Origin: Lingula anatina
Taxonomy: Eukaryota; Animalia; Brachiopoda
Assembly: GCA_051362555.1 (NCBI GenBank)
Contig: CM120649.1
Span: forward strand, 10,540,001 to 10,604,000
DNA length: 64,000 nucleotides
Direction: 5' to 3'
Positions 13,508 to 26,300 of this stretch are shown in pieces. Both the position numbers and the translations under genes were made by a program. Below the pieces are notes generated by a model. It searched no databases. It saw only the letters and a program-made list of their open reading frames with translations, and was not told the DNA's origin. Position 1 is the first letter of the stretch, and every line of letters begins with the position of its first letter.

Positions 13508-14422
13508 ATTCTGATAGAAAAATGATAGGAAAAATGTCGGCTGCCTGGGTGTCGTGACTGGCCCATTGCTGTATTGATGGAGGTCCCTTTGATGGTGGTA
13601 TTTTCGCTACCCGTGAAAGGTACCGTTTATTTCCCGAGAAGCGTGCATGTTATTTATCTTGATCCGTGAAGAGCCCAGTCTCGCGACTCGTGAATACGGG
13701 TTATAATTTCTTGATCATTCATGAAATGAAATCATTTTACTCGGTGTTTCGTGATTTTTAACTCGTATTTCATGCAATTTTAAAATGTGAATAAATTTGT
13801 TATAATTTAGGATTGTCATTGTCACTTTCCGACTACAGTGAAGTGTTTACTTCTGAGTGTTGAACTGCCCCCAACTAGGTCAAACTCGCTTAAATCAATA
13901 TCAAAGTTCTGCTCCATGCCATTTGGACCAATGTAAAACTATATGCCGCGCTTGACAGGACTCTATTATGTAGGGCACATAGATGAAAATTTCTTGTCTC
14001 GTTTTGCTTATTATACTATTTTTTATTTCATAACTGTTTTTATGGGAATTAAGTTATACACACGAATTTGTTATTTCCTTAAGAAACTGGATTATACATG
14101 TATTTGGAGTTATGTCTTGCCGTTGGACACAATAAAAAATTACAATGCAAGTAATATTACATTTTTAAGATTAATGCAAAATTTAATACTACAATTCTCT
14201 CAGAAGGATTTTCTATTTGGATCAGTAGATGAGGAAAAAAATGCGAATAGACGTGCATTAAAACCCTTTAACGATATTCTTTAGTAAAAAGAAAGGTAAT
14301 AAATACGTTAAGTTTGGTCAACGGCTTATCACATCTTGCACATTTCCATCAATTCTGTGGTAGACGTCACAAACTCAGGGGTTAGTAGACCTACGGCGTA
14401 TGCGTCTCGAGTTGGTAAGACT

Positions 14423-14888
14423 GGGTTCCCATTCCTAGATGGATCAATCTGGATCGGTCTAACTCCCTGGGGATTCTCACTAAATTGCTATCAACTTAAC
14501 CGGCTTAAATGTCTGTCACGCCTACCGAATCAGCTAGGGGGTAAAGATAATTACCCCCTAACAGCTTTGCTAGGCGTGACAGACATTTAAGCCGGTTAAG
14601 TTGATAGCAACTTAGTGAGAATCCCCAGGGAGATAGATCGATCCAAATATCTGTGGGAATGGTCCCTATTAGACTGCATTCCCACAGAATTTAGATCGAT
14701 CTATCACGTGGGAAGTCTCACTAGATTACTGTCAGCTTAGCCGTCTTAAATGTCTGTCCCGCCTACTAAAAGCTGTAAGGGGGTAATTAACTTCTGTGCG
14801 CACTCGGCTGACAGCAATTTAGCGTGAAACCCCAGGGAGTTAGGTCGATCCAGATGGATCGTTCTAAATCTGTGGGAATGCAGTCTAA
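14423..14888. mobile_element. Two adjacent related fold-back MITEs (14423-14666 and 14669-14888), probably PIF/Harbinger-like
   Basis: First element has long arms CCCTGGGGATTCTCACTAA..CCGGCTTAAATGTCTGTCACGCCTA / TAGGCGTGACAGACATTTAAGCCGG..TTAGTGAGAATCCCCAGGG. Second is bounded by TTAGACTGCATTCCCACAGA...TCTGTGGGAATGCAGTCTAA. A related fragment lies at ~45475-45565. Confidence 0.75.
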
Positions 14889-15741
14889 GAAAATGATATA
14901 CTCGATGTCACGTACGATACTGATGCCAGGCGTAACAGAACCTTAACAGTCAAATGTCTGGTCAGTTGACTTATACACAAAGTAAAAACTAGCGCAAATC
15001 ATTCTAATAAAGCTGTGTACCACCATGGCGATAACGTACTCGAGTGAGAGAAGATATAAATACTTTATGATCTTGCATGTTCATCTGTGTGGAAAAAAGG
15101 CCGATAGATTCTTGATCTCATCAATATCTTATACACTGTAGAACTACATTACATTTTCCACGTGTGTCGTGCGTTAAAATCGTCTACTATTTCCATTTCC
15201 ATTTTTTAACATCGTAGTTGTCTTACTTTTGAACTTGACCAAATGTTAGAGGCTACGGAGACTGGGATCCGTGCGAATTCGTGCAGTCACGTCAAGGAGG
15301 CTGCATGGAAAGGCAGACAGGGCAGAATGGGGGTACGTAGCCACGCACGGCTCTGATAACTGATGACTACAATAAGGGCATGAAAACCAAGTACTGTGTA
15401 ATAACACGGTGGTCATGTGTATGTTGTGTCCAGTAGAACTTTCTTCGTACATTGAAACAAACAAGTATGTTTATTTTCTAGCATAGTCTTTTTGAACGGA
15501 TGAAATAGTAGTTACACCTGCGAAAACTAGAAAATCGACCCCTCCCTAACTCTTAGTGGCAGAGAATTTTGTACGGTCGTCCGAAAAAAAAAACTTACGT
15601 TTATTTTCACTCCTATTTGAGATATACATGTAGAAAGAATAAAAAACATATTTTTAAAATATATAACCAAATAATATGTTTGCACGTACTTTCCAATGCC
15701 AAAGATATTTCATTCGTACAATGAATCTAAAGGGTAGAAAA

Positions 15742-15915
15742 GGGGGCGTCTCGATAGTCCGAAGGTTCATTGGTCCGAAGGTTCATTGGTCCGAAAAGTG
15801 GTAGCATTTTTATCGATTTTTTAATCAAGGGTTCATTGGTCCGAAGGTTCTATAGTGAACATTCGGACCAATGAACCTTCGGACTATTGAACCTTCGGAC
15901 TATCGCTACGGCCCC
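15742..15915. mobile_element. Fold-back MITE with 15-bp tandem subterminal repeats and an 8-bp TSD (MULE/foldback-like)
   Basis: GGTCCGAAGGTTCATT repeats on the left arm, their reverse complement on the right arm; direct repeat GTAGAAAA at 15734-15741 and 15916-15923. Confidence 0.85.
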
Positions 15916-16243
15916 GTAGAAAACACACGTGCCGAACAAGATGGGTGCATGTACTAGTATAACACGGTAGTGTTATACAGTTTGTCTCTGTCCTTAAATC
16001 ACATTCACAATCACGAAAGAGAAACCAAAATTAGAAACAAAAGTCCCGGTTAAGTAATAAATTTAGTTAATTGAAGTTACACCCCTCTTAGATGTCAGGA
16101 ATAGGAAACCGGTGACGACTCTAAAATCGCAGAAATTCCTTGGGCCTCATTTAAGTCATTTCGCTTCTTTGATCTCTTCCACCCAAAACAGTCACTACAG
16201 CTGGGAAAATTTTAGTTGAGGCCAATCCCAGGTCCAAGCGTTA

Positions 16244-16592
16244 TGTAACCTTCCTACGCGGAGAACATATCCGTGTTCAGGGCTACTTTGAAATGTAATA
16301 TAGTCCCTGCATTTACTTTTATCATACTGCCTATTAATCACGTATGTTACATTTAGTTCCTTTATTATTCCTATAAATTACGCACATTTAGTAATAGTTA
16401 TTGGGCACGCAAGACTTAGAACGAGAGTTAGTTAGTGAGACAGAGAGAACCCGGGAGATCGTCGTGACAGTTCCTGCCTGCATGCCAGTTTGTAGCCCGT
16501 CGGTGAATAAAGATCTACATGAGCTACAATTGAAGTCGTTCCGTGTTTTCAAGCTGCTACTCGCTAAGAACTAAGTAACCACCCGGGTTACA
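16244..16592 (+). mobile_element. Probable solo LTR (Gypsy/BEL-type)
   Basis: 349 bp bounded by the inverted termini TGTAACC...GGTTACA, with a TATA-like TATAAAT at ~16372 and AATAAA at ~16506. No TSD could be identified. Confidence 0.6.
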
Positions 16593-17028
16593 CTAGCATT
16601 ATTATTCCCACCATATTCTTTTCTCCATAGCTCATGAAGAAGTTTTCACATTTTATACAATTTGTTTACATATTTAGCTCTACTCTATGTATAATTTATA
16701 AAACGGTCACAGAGAAGAAACCACAATATATTTCAGAACTCAATGAACTAATCAGCGGGGACGCATATTACTACGACTTTATGTTGAACGGGCTTTTATG
16801 ATATTTGCACTAAAGCTCTGGAATAATTTACCTACTGATTTTACAAGAACCGTATATGACTAAGAAAGTTTTAACAAGTTTATTGTAATTAATAAAGCGA
16901 AGTATTGTTGTTTTCGATCTTTTATCCTTTTGGTCATTCTGAATTACCATTTGTTACTCTCAGACTTATGACTTTAACATAAAAAACTATATGATCAACA
17001 TACCTATCGGAAGTATATATGTATTGAG

Positions 17029-17116
17029 ACGTTTTTCTATAGCCTTTTTCTAAAAATGTAAGCCCTACCTTATATAAGGTAGGGCTTACATTTTTCCAGC
17101 TCTATAGAAAAACGTT
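17029..17116. repeat. Palindrome with a perfect 44-bp core (17052-17095)
   Basis: AAAAATGTAAGCCCTACCTTATATAAGGTAGGGCTTACATTTTT, extended by ACGTTTTTCTATAG / CTATAGAAAAACGT. Confidence 0.85.
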
Positions 17117-17139
17117 TTCTACTTACTGAGGGTTATATG

Positions 17140-17470
17140 GCGTTGTGATAGACAGGTATCAATCAAACACATACAGTTTAATTCAATCTTGATGAAAGCT
17201 GTCTCAAAAGCACACTACTGTAATTGGCGGTTTTATAAACAACCGTCAATCACAATCATTACGCTGTTGTTAACCATAGTCGTCAACACGTAAAATTCCA
17301 GCTTCCTATATCCTTTGATTGACATGGTGTCAATCAAATCCATTCAGTTTTGATAGCTGCTGTCAAGTAATAACAGCTTGATTGACGGTTTATATAAACA
17401 AACGTCAATCATCGCGCATATGATTACTATAGCGGAGAAACAGAGAGTACGCCGAAAAGACAGAGCGCTA
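17140..17470 (+). mobile_element. Interspersed repeat with internal ~160-180-bp tandem subunits; inverted copy at 48496-48970
   Basis: The terminus CAGAGAGTACGCCGAAAAGACAGAGCGCTA matches the reverse complement of TAGCGCTCTCTTTCGGCGTACTCACTG at 48496. Both share TTGATAGYTGCTGTCAAGTAATAACAGC subunits. Confidence 0.7.
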
Positions 17471-18589
17471 TCTCAACAAGTCTGTATATAGTTTAAGTTT
17501 AGACAATTAAAGGTAATATGTTTCCCTAAGAGAATACATACAGCTATAGACATACAACCCCCGTTTCTTCTCGTAATGTATAATATAACATGTTAGATTA
17601 TAAATTAAAATACTTTGTTATAGGACGAGTTTAGACAGAAAAATAGTTTAAAATCAAAGGGTCTAGTACAGAAGCAGTAGTATTGCCCACTGAGATAATA
17701 TAAAGGGATGATTGGGATCTGTTTAAGTAGTTTGAACTAATTATTAGTTATTGAACCAGCGCTAGACGTCCTCACACTCTTCCCTGTGCTGCGTTTATTC
17801 GATACCTGCTTGCTGTTGTCGTCTCTAATGCCCATCTTTTTAGGTAACCAAAAGGTACACGAGTAGGTTGTTATGACGTGCAAACATTTTATTAATCATT
17901 CCTTTCAAAGTTTTTCTAAATAACGACCCCTGTCTTAAACTACCAAGTACGTCAGTTTTTAAGCGCAGTTTTAATGTCTAGTATTGTTATATTAAATGCA
18001 TAGTCTTTTTTTTTTTGTGCTCTCCTTCTGTCGCTGGGCTGTCCGTTTCCCGGTCGCCTGTGAACGAATCTTCATGGAGAGCACAGTCAGCCCGCGAAAT
18101 AATGTGAATTATAAATATATGATTTTTTAAACAAAAGGATTAAATTATTTTTCATGGTTACAGTTTTAATATCCGGGTGCCTTCTGTGTGAAGTGTTATG
18201 TTAGAGATACGACGTATGTTATATTTATAAGTGAATATATTTTATATTCCCTCGGTTGCTTATTGCACGTCAAGTGAAAGTAATCAAGACTGCGGGCCAG
18301 ACGAATGCAGACCCTTTTAGTGTAAGTTATCATCTCTCTCTACTTGTACAAGTTTTCTCATAGTAAACTTAACCTATGTCATCAGATACGATATCGATAT
18401 CCCCGGGCAGTACTTGTAGACGTTTTAACCGGCAAAACTTATGGATTTCTCATATATCAATTATAATATATCGGGTTTTTAGTATCTTTTTCTTGTTACC
18501 CCATTAAAACGGGTTCTGGCGTTTGTCTATACTTGTTTTCGTTTTCAAGATTGTATTGATCTATGTAGAGCTGATATATAACTGGTTTA

Positions 18590-19150
18590 AAAGCAATGTA
18601 TCGGCCGATTCATGTGTGGTGCCATTTTTCAACGAGAGCCGATATTGAGATTTAAGAAATTATCAATAAACATCCCCAAATTCGAGCAGACAATAGCCGG
18701 TTAAATGAACATATATATATACAGTTCACAGTAGTGTTGATGTCAACTTTGATAAAAGAATATTAAAAGCACCCCGGGTGCGTTTTTGTGTGTCACAAAT
18801 ACATGTGTTTTGCCGTATTGCAACAAGAACCGATATTGAGGGTAACAAAATATTAATAAGCATCCCCAAATTCGAGAAGACGTTAGCCGGTAAAATGAAC
18901 ATATATATACAGTTCACAAAAGTGTTAATGTCAACTTTAATAAAGGATTTTAAAAGCACCCCGGGTGCGTTTTTGTGTGTCACAAATGCGTGTGTGGTGC
19001 CATATTGCACCGAGAGCCGATACTGAGAGTAAAAAAATATTAATTATCATCCCAAAAATCGCGCATATTTTAGCAAGTAGCATGAATTTATACATAAGGT
19101 ATACAGCAGTGTTGATGTCATATTTATTTAAAAGGTGCATAAAAAATACC
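18590..19150. repeat. ~185-190-bp tandem repeat, about three diverged copies
   Basis: CCGATAYTGAG...CATCCC(C/A)AAA at ~18640, ~18830 and ~19017; AAAAGCACCCCGGGTGCGTTTTTGTGTGTCACAAAT occurs twice. Confidence 0.85.
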
Positions 19151-20380
19151 AGCCTAAAAGAAATGTCAGCGAGCCTAAGAAATCGGAGAGAAATTGCGTC
19201 ATTTGAATTCAAGACACGATTGAAGGTTTCTTTACTGCCGCATCTCAGGCTAATTTGTCACACTGAGAGAAATTTTCGACACTAGAAACATTTTCCTATC
19301 GAATCATAGCTAAAACAAGTATACTACACTACAATTATACAATTTTGAATGCTCATTTTACGGCAACAAACAAGATTGCCTTTACCACATAGGGGATTTT
19401 GCTCCATGAACAAACATGTCAAATTCTCACATAGCTTCCAAATTGATAGAATAAATTGTACTTATACTTAATCTCTATAAGTTTATTGTCTCATCTACCC
19501 GAAGGATTGCCTCACGTTATCGCGAACTACCTGCCCAAATGACACAAAAATTCATCGACATGCTCGCTACCTGAACGGGAGGTCACGTGATCCGAACGCA
19601 CATGGTTTCATGAAGAGCTCGCGCTAAGCCGATTATCCTTTGATCTTAATCCACGTTTCACGTCCTTTCGTTATTATGTCCAAGGTGCACAGATAAGAAA
19701 CTGGACATCAATAACCTTTTTTTCGGACATTTTTTCTGGGGAACAGATATCTGATATACATCATCCCGGACCTCGGACGGTTACATCAGCAGCAGGGCAG
19801 GGTTGATGTTTTTTCAAAAGTAAATTGGTAAAGTTTGCAAGTTGACCTGTCCGTCACCAGTCTAACTCAAAAAGCTATGGATGGATTTTGATGAAATATA
19901 TAGAGACAAGAAATGGGCTAGACTTTGGTGGTGATTAATTAATTAGTCCTCTTCTTTTAATACATACCTGTAAATTGAATTTGAAAAGAAAACCCGCCTT
20001 TTTTTCTTAAAAAAAAGTCTATCAAACTACTCAGCAAATGTAAAGAGAATACAAAAAGTCCATTTTTTTTTGGGGGGGGGGGGGAGGGGAAGGGGCTACA
20101 TCTGTGTAAAAAATAAATGAATTCAGAGTGTTTTATTCCGTATGAGTTTTCAAAGGTACAAAACAGTTAACATACAAAAGCTATCTTTGATTTTTTTTAC
20201 TTTCTATATTATAATTATACTGTGCATACTTATTAATTTGCATGAAAAACAAAATAGAATGGATATTACTGAATATAAGTCAATGATTGTTCTGAAGTCT
20301 GTCTTGTCAAATATTACAAATACATAAAATTAATATGCATAGCAATTGTTCAATATGCATGAAAACAATATATGAGCATA

Positions 20381-23300
20381 TCAAATAATTGGGTTGTGAA
20401 ACTTATTTCTGTGCTGTGGAAACAAGAAGAAATAAAACTGAACACAGAAACACTTGATTGGCTGAAAGATGAAGAAGTCTTCTAGTAAAGACAATCCAAC
20501 AAGCATCAACCAGTGATTAACATGGTCCTCTGGCAGTGACATTCCATAAATGGCAGTGAGGGAAAATGACAGCATGATAGAGCAAAACAGGAAGATGAAT
20601 ACGATGTATTTCACCCAGTGGGGAAAGGACTTCTTGAACTCTCCTTTCACCATTCTTTCCAGATGTAACAGTTCTTTGTCACTCAAAGGTTTGTACTCTT
20701 CATTTGACTGTTCTGCCATCAACTCATTCTCATCTGAATTATCTGGAATAAAATGGATTTTTTTTAAATTTACAAAACCACTAATTAATGGAAGTTAGGC
20801 AGTTAAAATATTATATGTTAATCTTGTCACAGACTGCAACAATATCAAACATTAAAATCAATTCCATTAAAGTTTTACAAAATCATCAAACTAGTCTACA
20901 TGTTTTTGTACATTAATTTCTAAATCCTGGTATGATAAAACAAATATCTTATGTGCCACAGTAAAAAATACTTTGAAGGGTGTCTGTTTGGGAGTTATTT
21001 TGTTTCACCGAAGTGTGACAAATAAATAAATAAATTACCTTCTTCAACTTGAATAACTACATCATAAAGGTTGCCCTGAAGTGAAGAGTCAAGGGCACTT
21101 GTAGGAATGATCTCAGTGGTGCCATATTTATCCTCTGGTAAATCATTTACAATGCTGGCTGACTGTTTACCAGAGTCTTGGACATCAGCCACACTGTCAT
21201 CTACTGAAGCAGAAATGTCACAGCTCTGAATGTCTCTACTGTAAGCAGCATCCAACTCCTCTGTGATGATAGCACTCAGTTCACTGGTAGAACTTGTGGA
21301 GAAAACATTTTCTGTGATGTCATTTGCCAGATCCTGAGTGTCATCCACTGATATCTGTGCTGTAACCTCATTTTCCACCTGATAAGTTGCTGTGACGGGG
21401 GTGGTCATTTCTGCTGGCACAACTTCTGGCACAGGTGCTGTCATACTTTCTGCCATAAGAGCTGCTGTAGTTGCTGACACAGGTGTTGTCATTCTGACTC
21501 CATGTGGCAGAGCTGCTTCAATATCAATATCAACAACATTTGGTGGACATAGTGGAAATGCTGCATTATCTACATTTTTTAAATCTTTCTCTTCTTTGTT
21601 ATCTTCCTTCACTGATACTGTAGACATAACTTCATTCACAAAGTACACAGTTGCAAGAGATGATGGGGTTGTCATATCCATAGCACTGGGTCCTGAGGTT
21701 TCAATGTTACATTCATCATCCTGCACCTCTGGGCTTAGTTCAGCTGTGTTGTTTACTTGGACAACTTGACTATTATCATTGATGTCAACTAAAACAAAAC
21801 ATTCACATTCAATCATTATTGCAGCCATTGCTTGATCACCTTGTGCTGCTTTCTGAACAATAAGATCTAGAATTTAGAGGGATAACAACTTTCATTTTGG
21901 AGCGAAAAACTGCTATAAAACATTTTCAGGGGGTAAACGACAATGTTCCCATAATCCTTTCCAATATTAAGTGTGAATCCATTGTTTTTTCTAAGTGTGT
22001 TTTTATGTTTCAATCTCCTAAGAGATTATTACAGAGGGTAGCCATCTATAAAGATCCATGTGGTACTCTAATGGCAAGCACATAATAATTGCAATAACTT
22101 CAGTTTTGGTGATAAAATTGAATTTCTTATATTTCTTTGTGCTGTTTACAAGGTTTTTATTGTGGAATTTTAAATATCATAAAAAGAGTTGCTTTCCCTT
22201 TGACAAATGAAATTTGTTCACTTTTTTGTAATGTTATGCAAAATTGGAAATTCATAATGCAAAGTGTTTTTCACCATTTTTGATAAATGCATAATTCCAG
22301 ATCAATGTACAGTCAGTAGTAATCAAACAGACATAAAATATTAGGCAGTGATATTTGACAGCTGACACAAAGAAAAAAACATAGAAAGTGATAATTTCAA
22401 ATTTACCTGTCCCTGTAACAAAGTTGTCTTCAAATCTCAGGCTGCTTGAGATATCTGCTCTCAGCTCTCCCCATGTGGGTTGTCCTGGAAACAAAATCAT
22501 ACAGAAATAGGTTTATGGTCTACAGTAAAAGAGTAATAAGTTTCCATTTAGGGCATCAATAATTAAATGTGTATAAGCTGTTTGTTTACGTGCAAGGTCT
22601 AGCGTTGTTGGATAAGCAATTGATTCAGGTTGCTGATTAGATTTTGGTAAGATAAACTCATTATGTAAAGCACTATGTTTATGAACACACACATGTATGT
22701 GTTTGTATTAATATGTAAAAAAACTAAAAAAAGAGACAATGGCATATGCATACTTTTCAGCACTCCCAGATTCTCAAAACTCTTGAAGCAAAGAGTAGAT
22801 GTGCTTCTTAAATTGCACAAAGTGGCCTCACTAGATCCAGGAGGGTTTTTCATTGAATCCAAACTCAGGCTCCTCCTTGGTGACCAACTTTCTGTGGCTC
22901 TTGCACGTCTCTCTAATGACAAATCATACTCTAGATTCCTCAGGTCTTTGAATTCTGAAATATTACAAATAATTGGGTGATTTGTCATGTGGAAAGGATT
23001 AAGGAGTGAAAACATATATTGGTTAAGACACCATTCATTTTTTAAACAATTGCACTTTTGATTAAAATCACAAATCAAATTATAAATACTGCTGAAATAT
23101 CAAAAGTTTATTTCAAAACAATATAAATTAGAATAATTTTAACTGTCTTTTAGTTTGAAGTGCATATTCATTTCTGTGTTTTATGCTGTTTCTTAGCATA
23201 CATTACCTTCCTTAAACTGCACTTTATCAGTAGAGAAAACAGAGGAGTCTGACTGACAACTTATATCTGAACACAGTGCTGATTGCTAAAATGGAAATAA

Positions 23301-26300
23301 AAGGTATAACTTGCTAGCCCTGTTATAAACAATTGGAATTATCTCTGAGTCAGTGAAAAATGTCAGTTTAAAAAAAATCTAAAATGTTTTTAATCAAATG
23401 ACTGACATATTTTAACAAATCATCAAGCTTAATATAAATTTTATATAACACTCAGCCAGCTAGTACTCATTAAAGGAAACAGTCATCTAATGTTTAAAGA
23501 AAAGCATCATACAGAGCCAATTCTTTTACCTTTAACACTGAGGTCGCCACAGATTTTGCCACCATCTTGGCATCATTGACAATGGCTACTTTCAAATCTT
23601 GCTCACCAAGGAATACATCTCCCTCTGCATTCTGAGAGAGCAACCCTATTTGAAAACTGTCAGAGCACTCATCCCAGCTGTAAAGATTATTCAAAGTGAT
23701 TATTTTCCATTATACACATTTGAACTTCTTATACACTAATCAACTCAAAAATATCTGCACTGCTTCTCCTAAAATTTGTTTAATTTTCAATTTTTCTTTT
23801 AAATAACCAACATTTTTTAAGGCTAAAAATGAATTTACAGCTTAGAAAATACAAATATAATACACAAAAATATTTAACTTAACAGTAGCAGAACATTAAC
23901 TAAAATATTTAAATTTTTATCAAAATATAAAATCTCTAATGACAAAATCATATCTCACTTTTCATCATAAAATGTCAAAACATCCTCTTTCAGGAGGTCA
24001 GCAGCTTTGGCAATGACATGCTCCTTATCTGGCCAGTCCAGGTCTTGTGACTTTGATTCAGCACAGTGGAACACAGCAAACTGTGCTCTAATGATGGCAT
24101 TGGAAATCAAGCTATCCACATAGTGGTAGTTAAAAACCTGCAATGTGTTATATAAGTTTATAATTTCTACTGCCGAAAAACATTAAAAAAATTCATGACC
24201 TTAAAGCAAATAAACAAACAAACAAACAAAAACAAAAAATACATGAAAAATATATTCCAAATACAGGGTTCTGCCAAGGTCTCAAAAAAGGGGGGAGAAT
24301 TCTCCCCTCTGAGCATAAAAGTTGGGGAGATTTTGAGAAATAGTGGGAGATCAGGAAAAATGATATTTTACGTAAAAACATACACTGCTAGTCTGGTATT
24401 TTATTAAAGTTCACAAACTGAACTGATTCAACTTTGAAAGTAACTTTACATAGGCAGTATGTATATACAGTTGCAAATGATTTTTTTATAAAGCATCTGC
24501 CTCATTATCATAGCAGAGCCAAGAATAATCTCTTAACCAATCGTGTTGAAATTTCTGTGGCACTACTTTCGGTTTCTTTCTTTCAGGCCCTTTGATGGTA
24601 TTTGGTCTGCAGACCTAAAATTAAAGAAAAGTTAAAATTTTTCCTACTTACAAACTTGTAATTTCTGGAACCAGACACCACAATCCAAAAGAATTTTTAG
24701 GTTTTGATGATTAATCATGACTAAATTAACACTTTTATCAGGAAAAATTGCATAATAGTGTTTGGGAAGGACATTTTTATCTTTGATTTATCAGTTTCAC
24801 AATATTGACTACTTTTTAAAATAAAGGCTAAAGTAAAAAATATAGGTCACACATTTGATTGAGTGCATTCTATGAAAATATCCTTGATTAGGAGGCCCTA
24901 ACTTTTTTTTTTTCAAATTACTAATTAGTATCCTCACACACATATACAGAGGAATAAACATATCAGAAACAGGCCTCCTTACTTCTTCATTAAAGTTAAA
25001 CATTTCCTTTTTTTCAAATTTTTATTCTCACACACACACACACACACACATATATACACTATAGAGTGATAGGAATAAACATATCAAAAACGGGCCTCCT
25101 TACTTTTTTAACTTCTTTTTCATATTATCATACTCACATATAGAGGAATAAACGTATCAAAAACGGGCCTATTACCTTTTTTTTTACTTTCTTTCACATT
25201 TTCAAACGAAGTGTCAAGTGTCCTTCCAAAACGTAAAATAAAAATGCCACGGAATGAACATACCTTTATCGTCAACGAACTGTCATTTTCATCTGGAGTC
25301 GCAACTTCAGAAATTTGTTTCTTCCTTTTCTCAGACTTGTCAGGCGGAGAGACGGATTCATCTGAGGGGGGATTAACAGGAGTCTGACCTGATTTTTCAC
25401 CGCTTGCCGTAGACTTTGGCATAAAGCTTAAAATCGATCTTTGTTTTTTAACTTTCGTTTCGGCGAGGAAGCCGCCATTTTAACCACGCTTCATCAGGCT
25501 GAATATCACTGTCACGCCGTCTATCATTTGGTTGACTATCCCGCGAAATGAGAGAACCGCTCAATCGCTCAACTAACTTTAGTGCAGCGGAGTCACACGA
25601 GGATTGCCGATTGGACTGTAGTCATGAAGAGGTACTATTGATATTACGACAACAAATGACGACGCTGCTTGAAACGATCTCTTACGAGGGTACATCGGAA
25701 ACACACACATGACGACGTTAGCTACACTGTGTTAACAAGTCAATGCAGCGGACGATGCGAAGAAATTTATACCGGTGATGATTATTTAGATAAACAATTT
25801 TAGACGCCACTCTCAATGTGTCTTTTATCATCTCAAGAACAATGATAGCACCCTCACTCGGTTTGTATGCGAGAATTTTCGCATCTTTGGTAATTTTTGT
25901 GCGAGAATTTTATTTTTTTGGCGAGAATCTCGCAGAATCGCGGCCTCGGCAGAACCCTGCAAATACAGTAACTGCCAAATTAAAATTAACTACACTGTGG
26001 TGTCCAAGTTAATGAATTTAAACAATACTGATCATGCAGTGCAACATCCCTCGTACTATGTACCTCTTTGATAAAGGTTGTCTTATCATTCCTGATATCT
26101 TGCATTTCTTGCTTCATCAAGTTGTTAACCTGGTCTACAAGTGTATGTGGATACTGGACCTCTCTATCCATGCATTGTGTAACTTGGCATTCATCCTTTT
26201 CCAGTTCCTGGGAATAAAATTTAATGTATAGATTCAAATATGACAGATAATGAAATATGGAAAAGAATGAAATATGGAATTAAATTTTAATAATTGTAAA

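Noticed and set aside
15246-15464. GC-rich exon-like block / 72-aa ORF
   Set aside because: All three plus-strand frames hit stops, and the minus-strand ORF has no recognisable motif.
15742-15915. Short regularly spaced repeats resembling a CRISPR array
   Set aside because: No unique spacers, inverted arrangement with a TSD, eukaryotic context and no cas genes; it is a MITE.
18726-19285. Four overlapping 82-106-aa ORFs
   Set aside because: They lie in a ~188-bp tandem repeat and show no protein motif or splice support.
5000-20380. Search for the missing TOP/S1-S6 polycystin channel exons downstream of exon 20
   Set aside because: No hydrophobic PKD-channel-like exons seen by eye; the region is dominated by repeats. 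Small exons could have been missed without tBLASTn.
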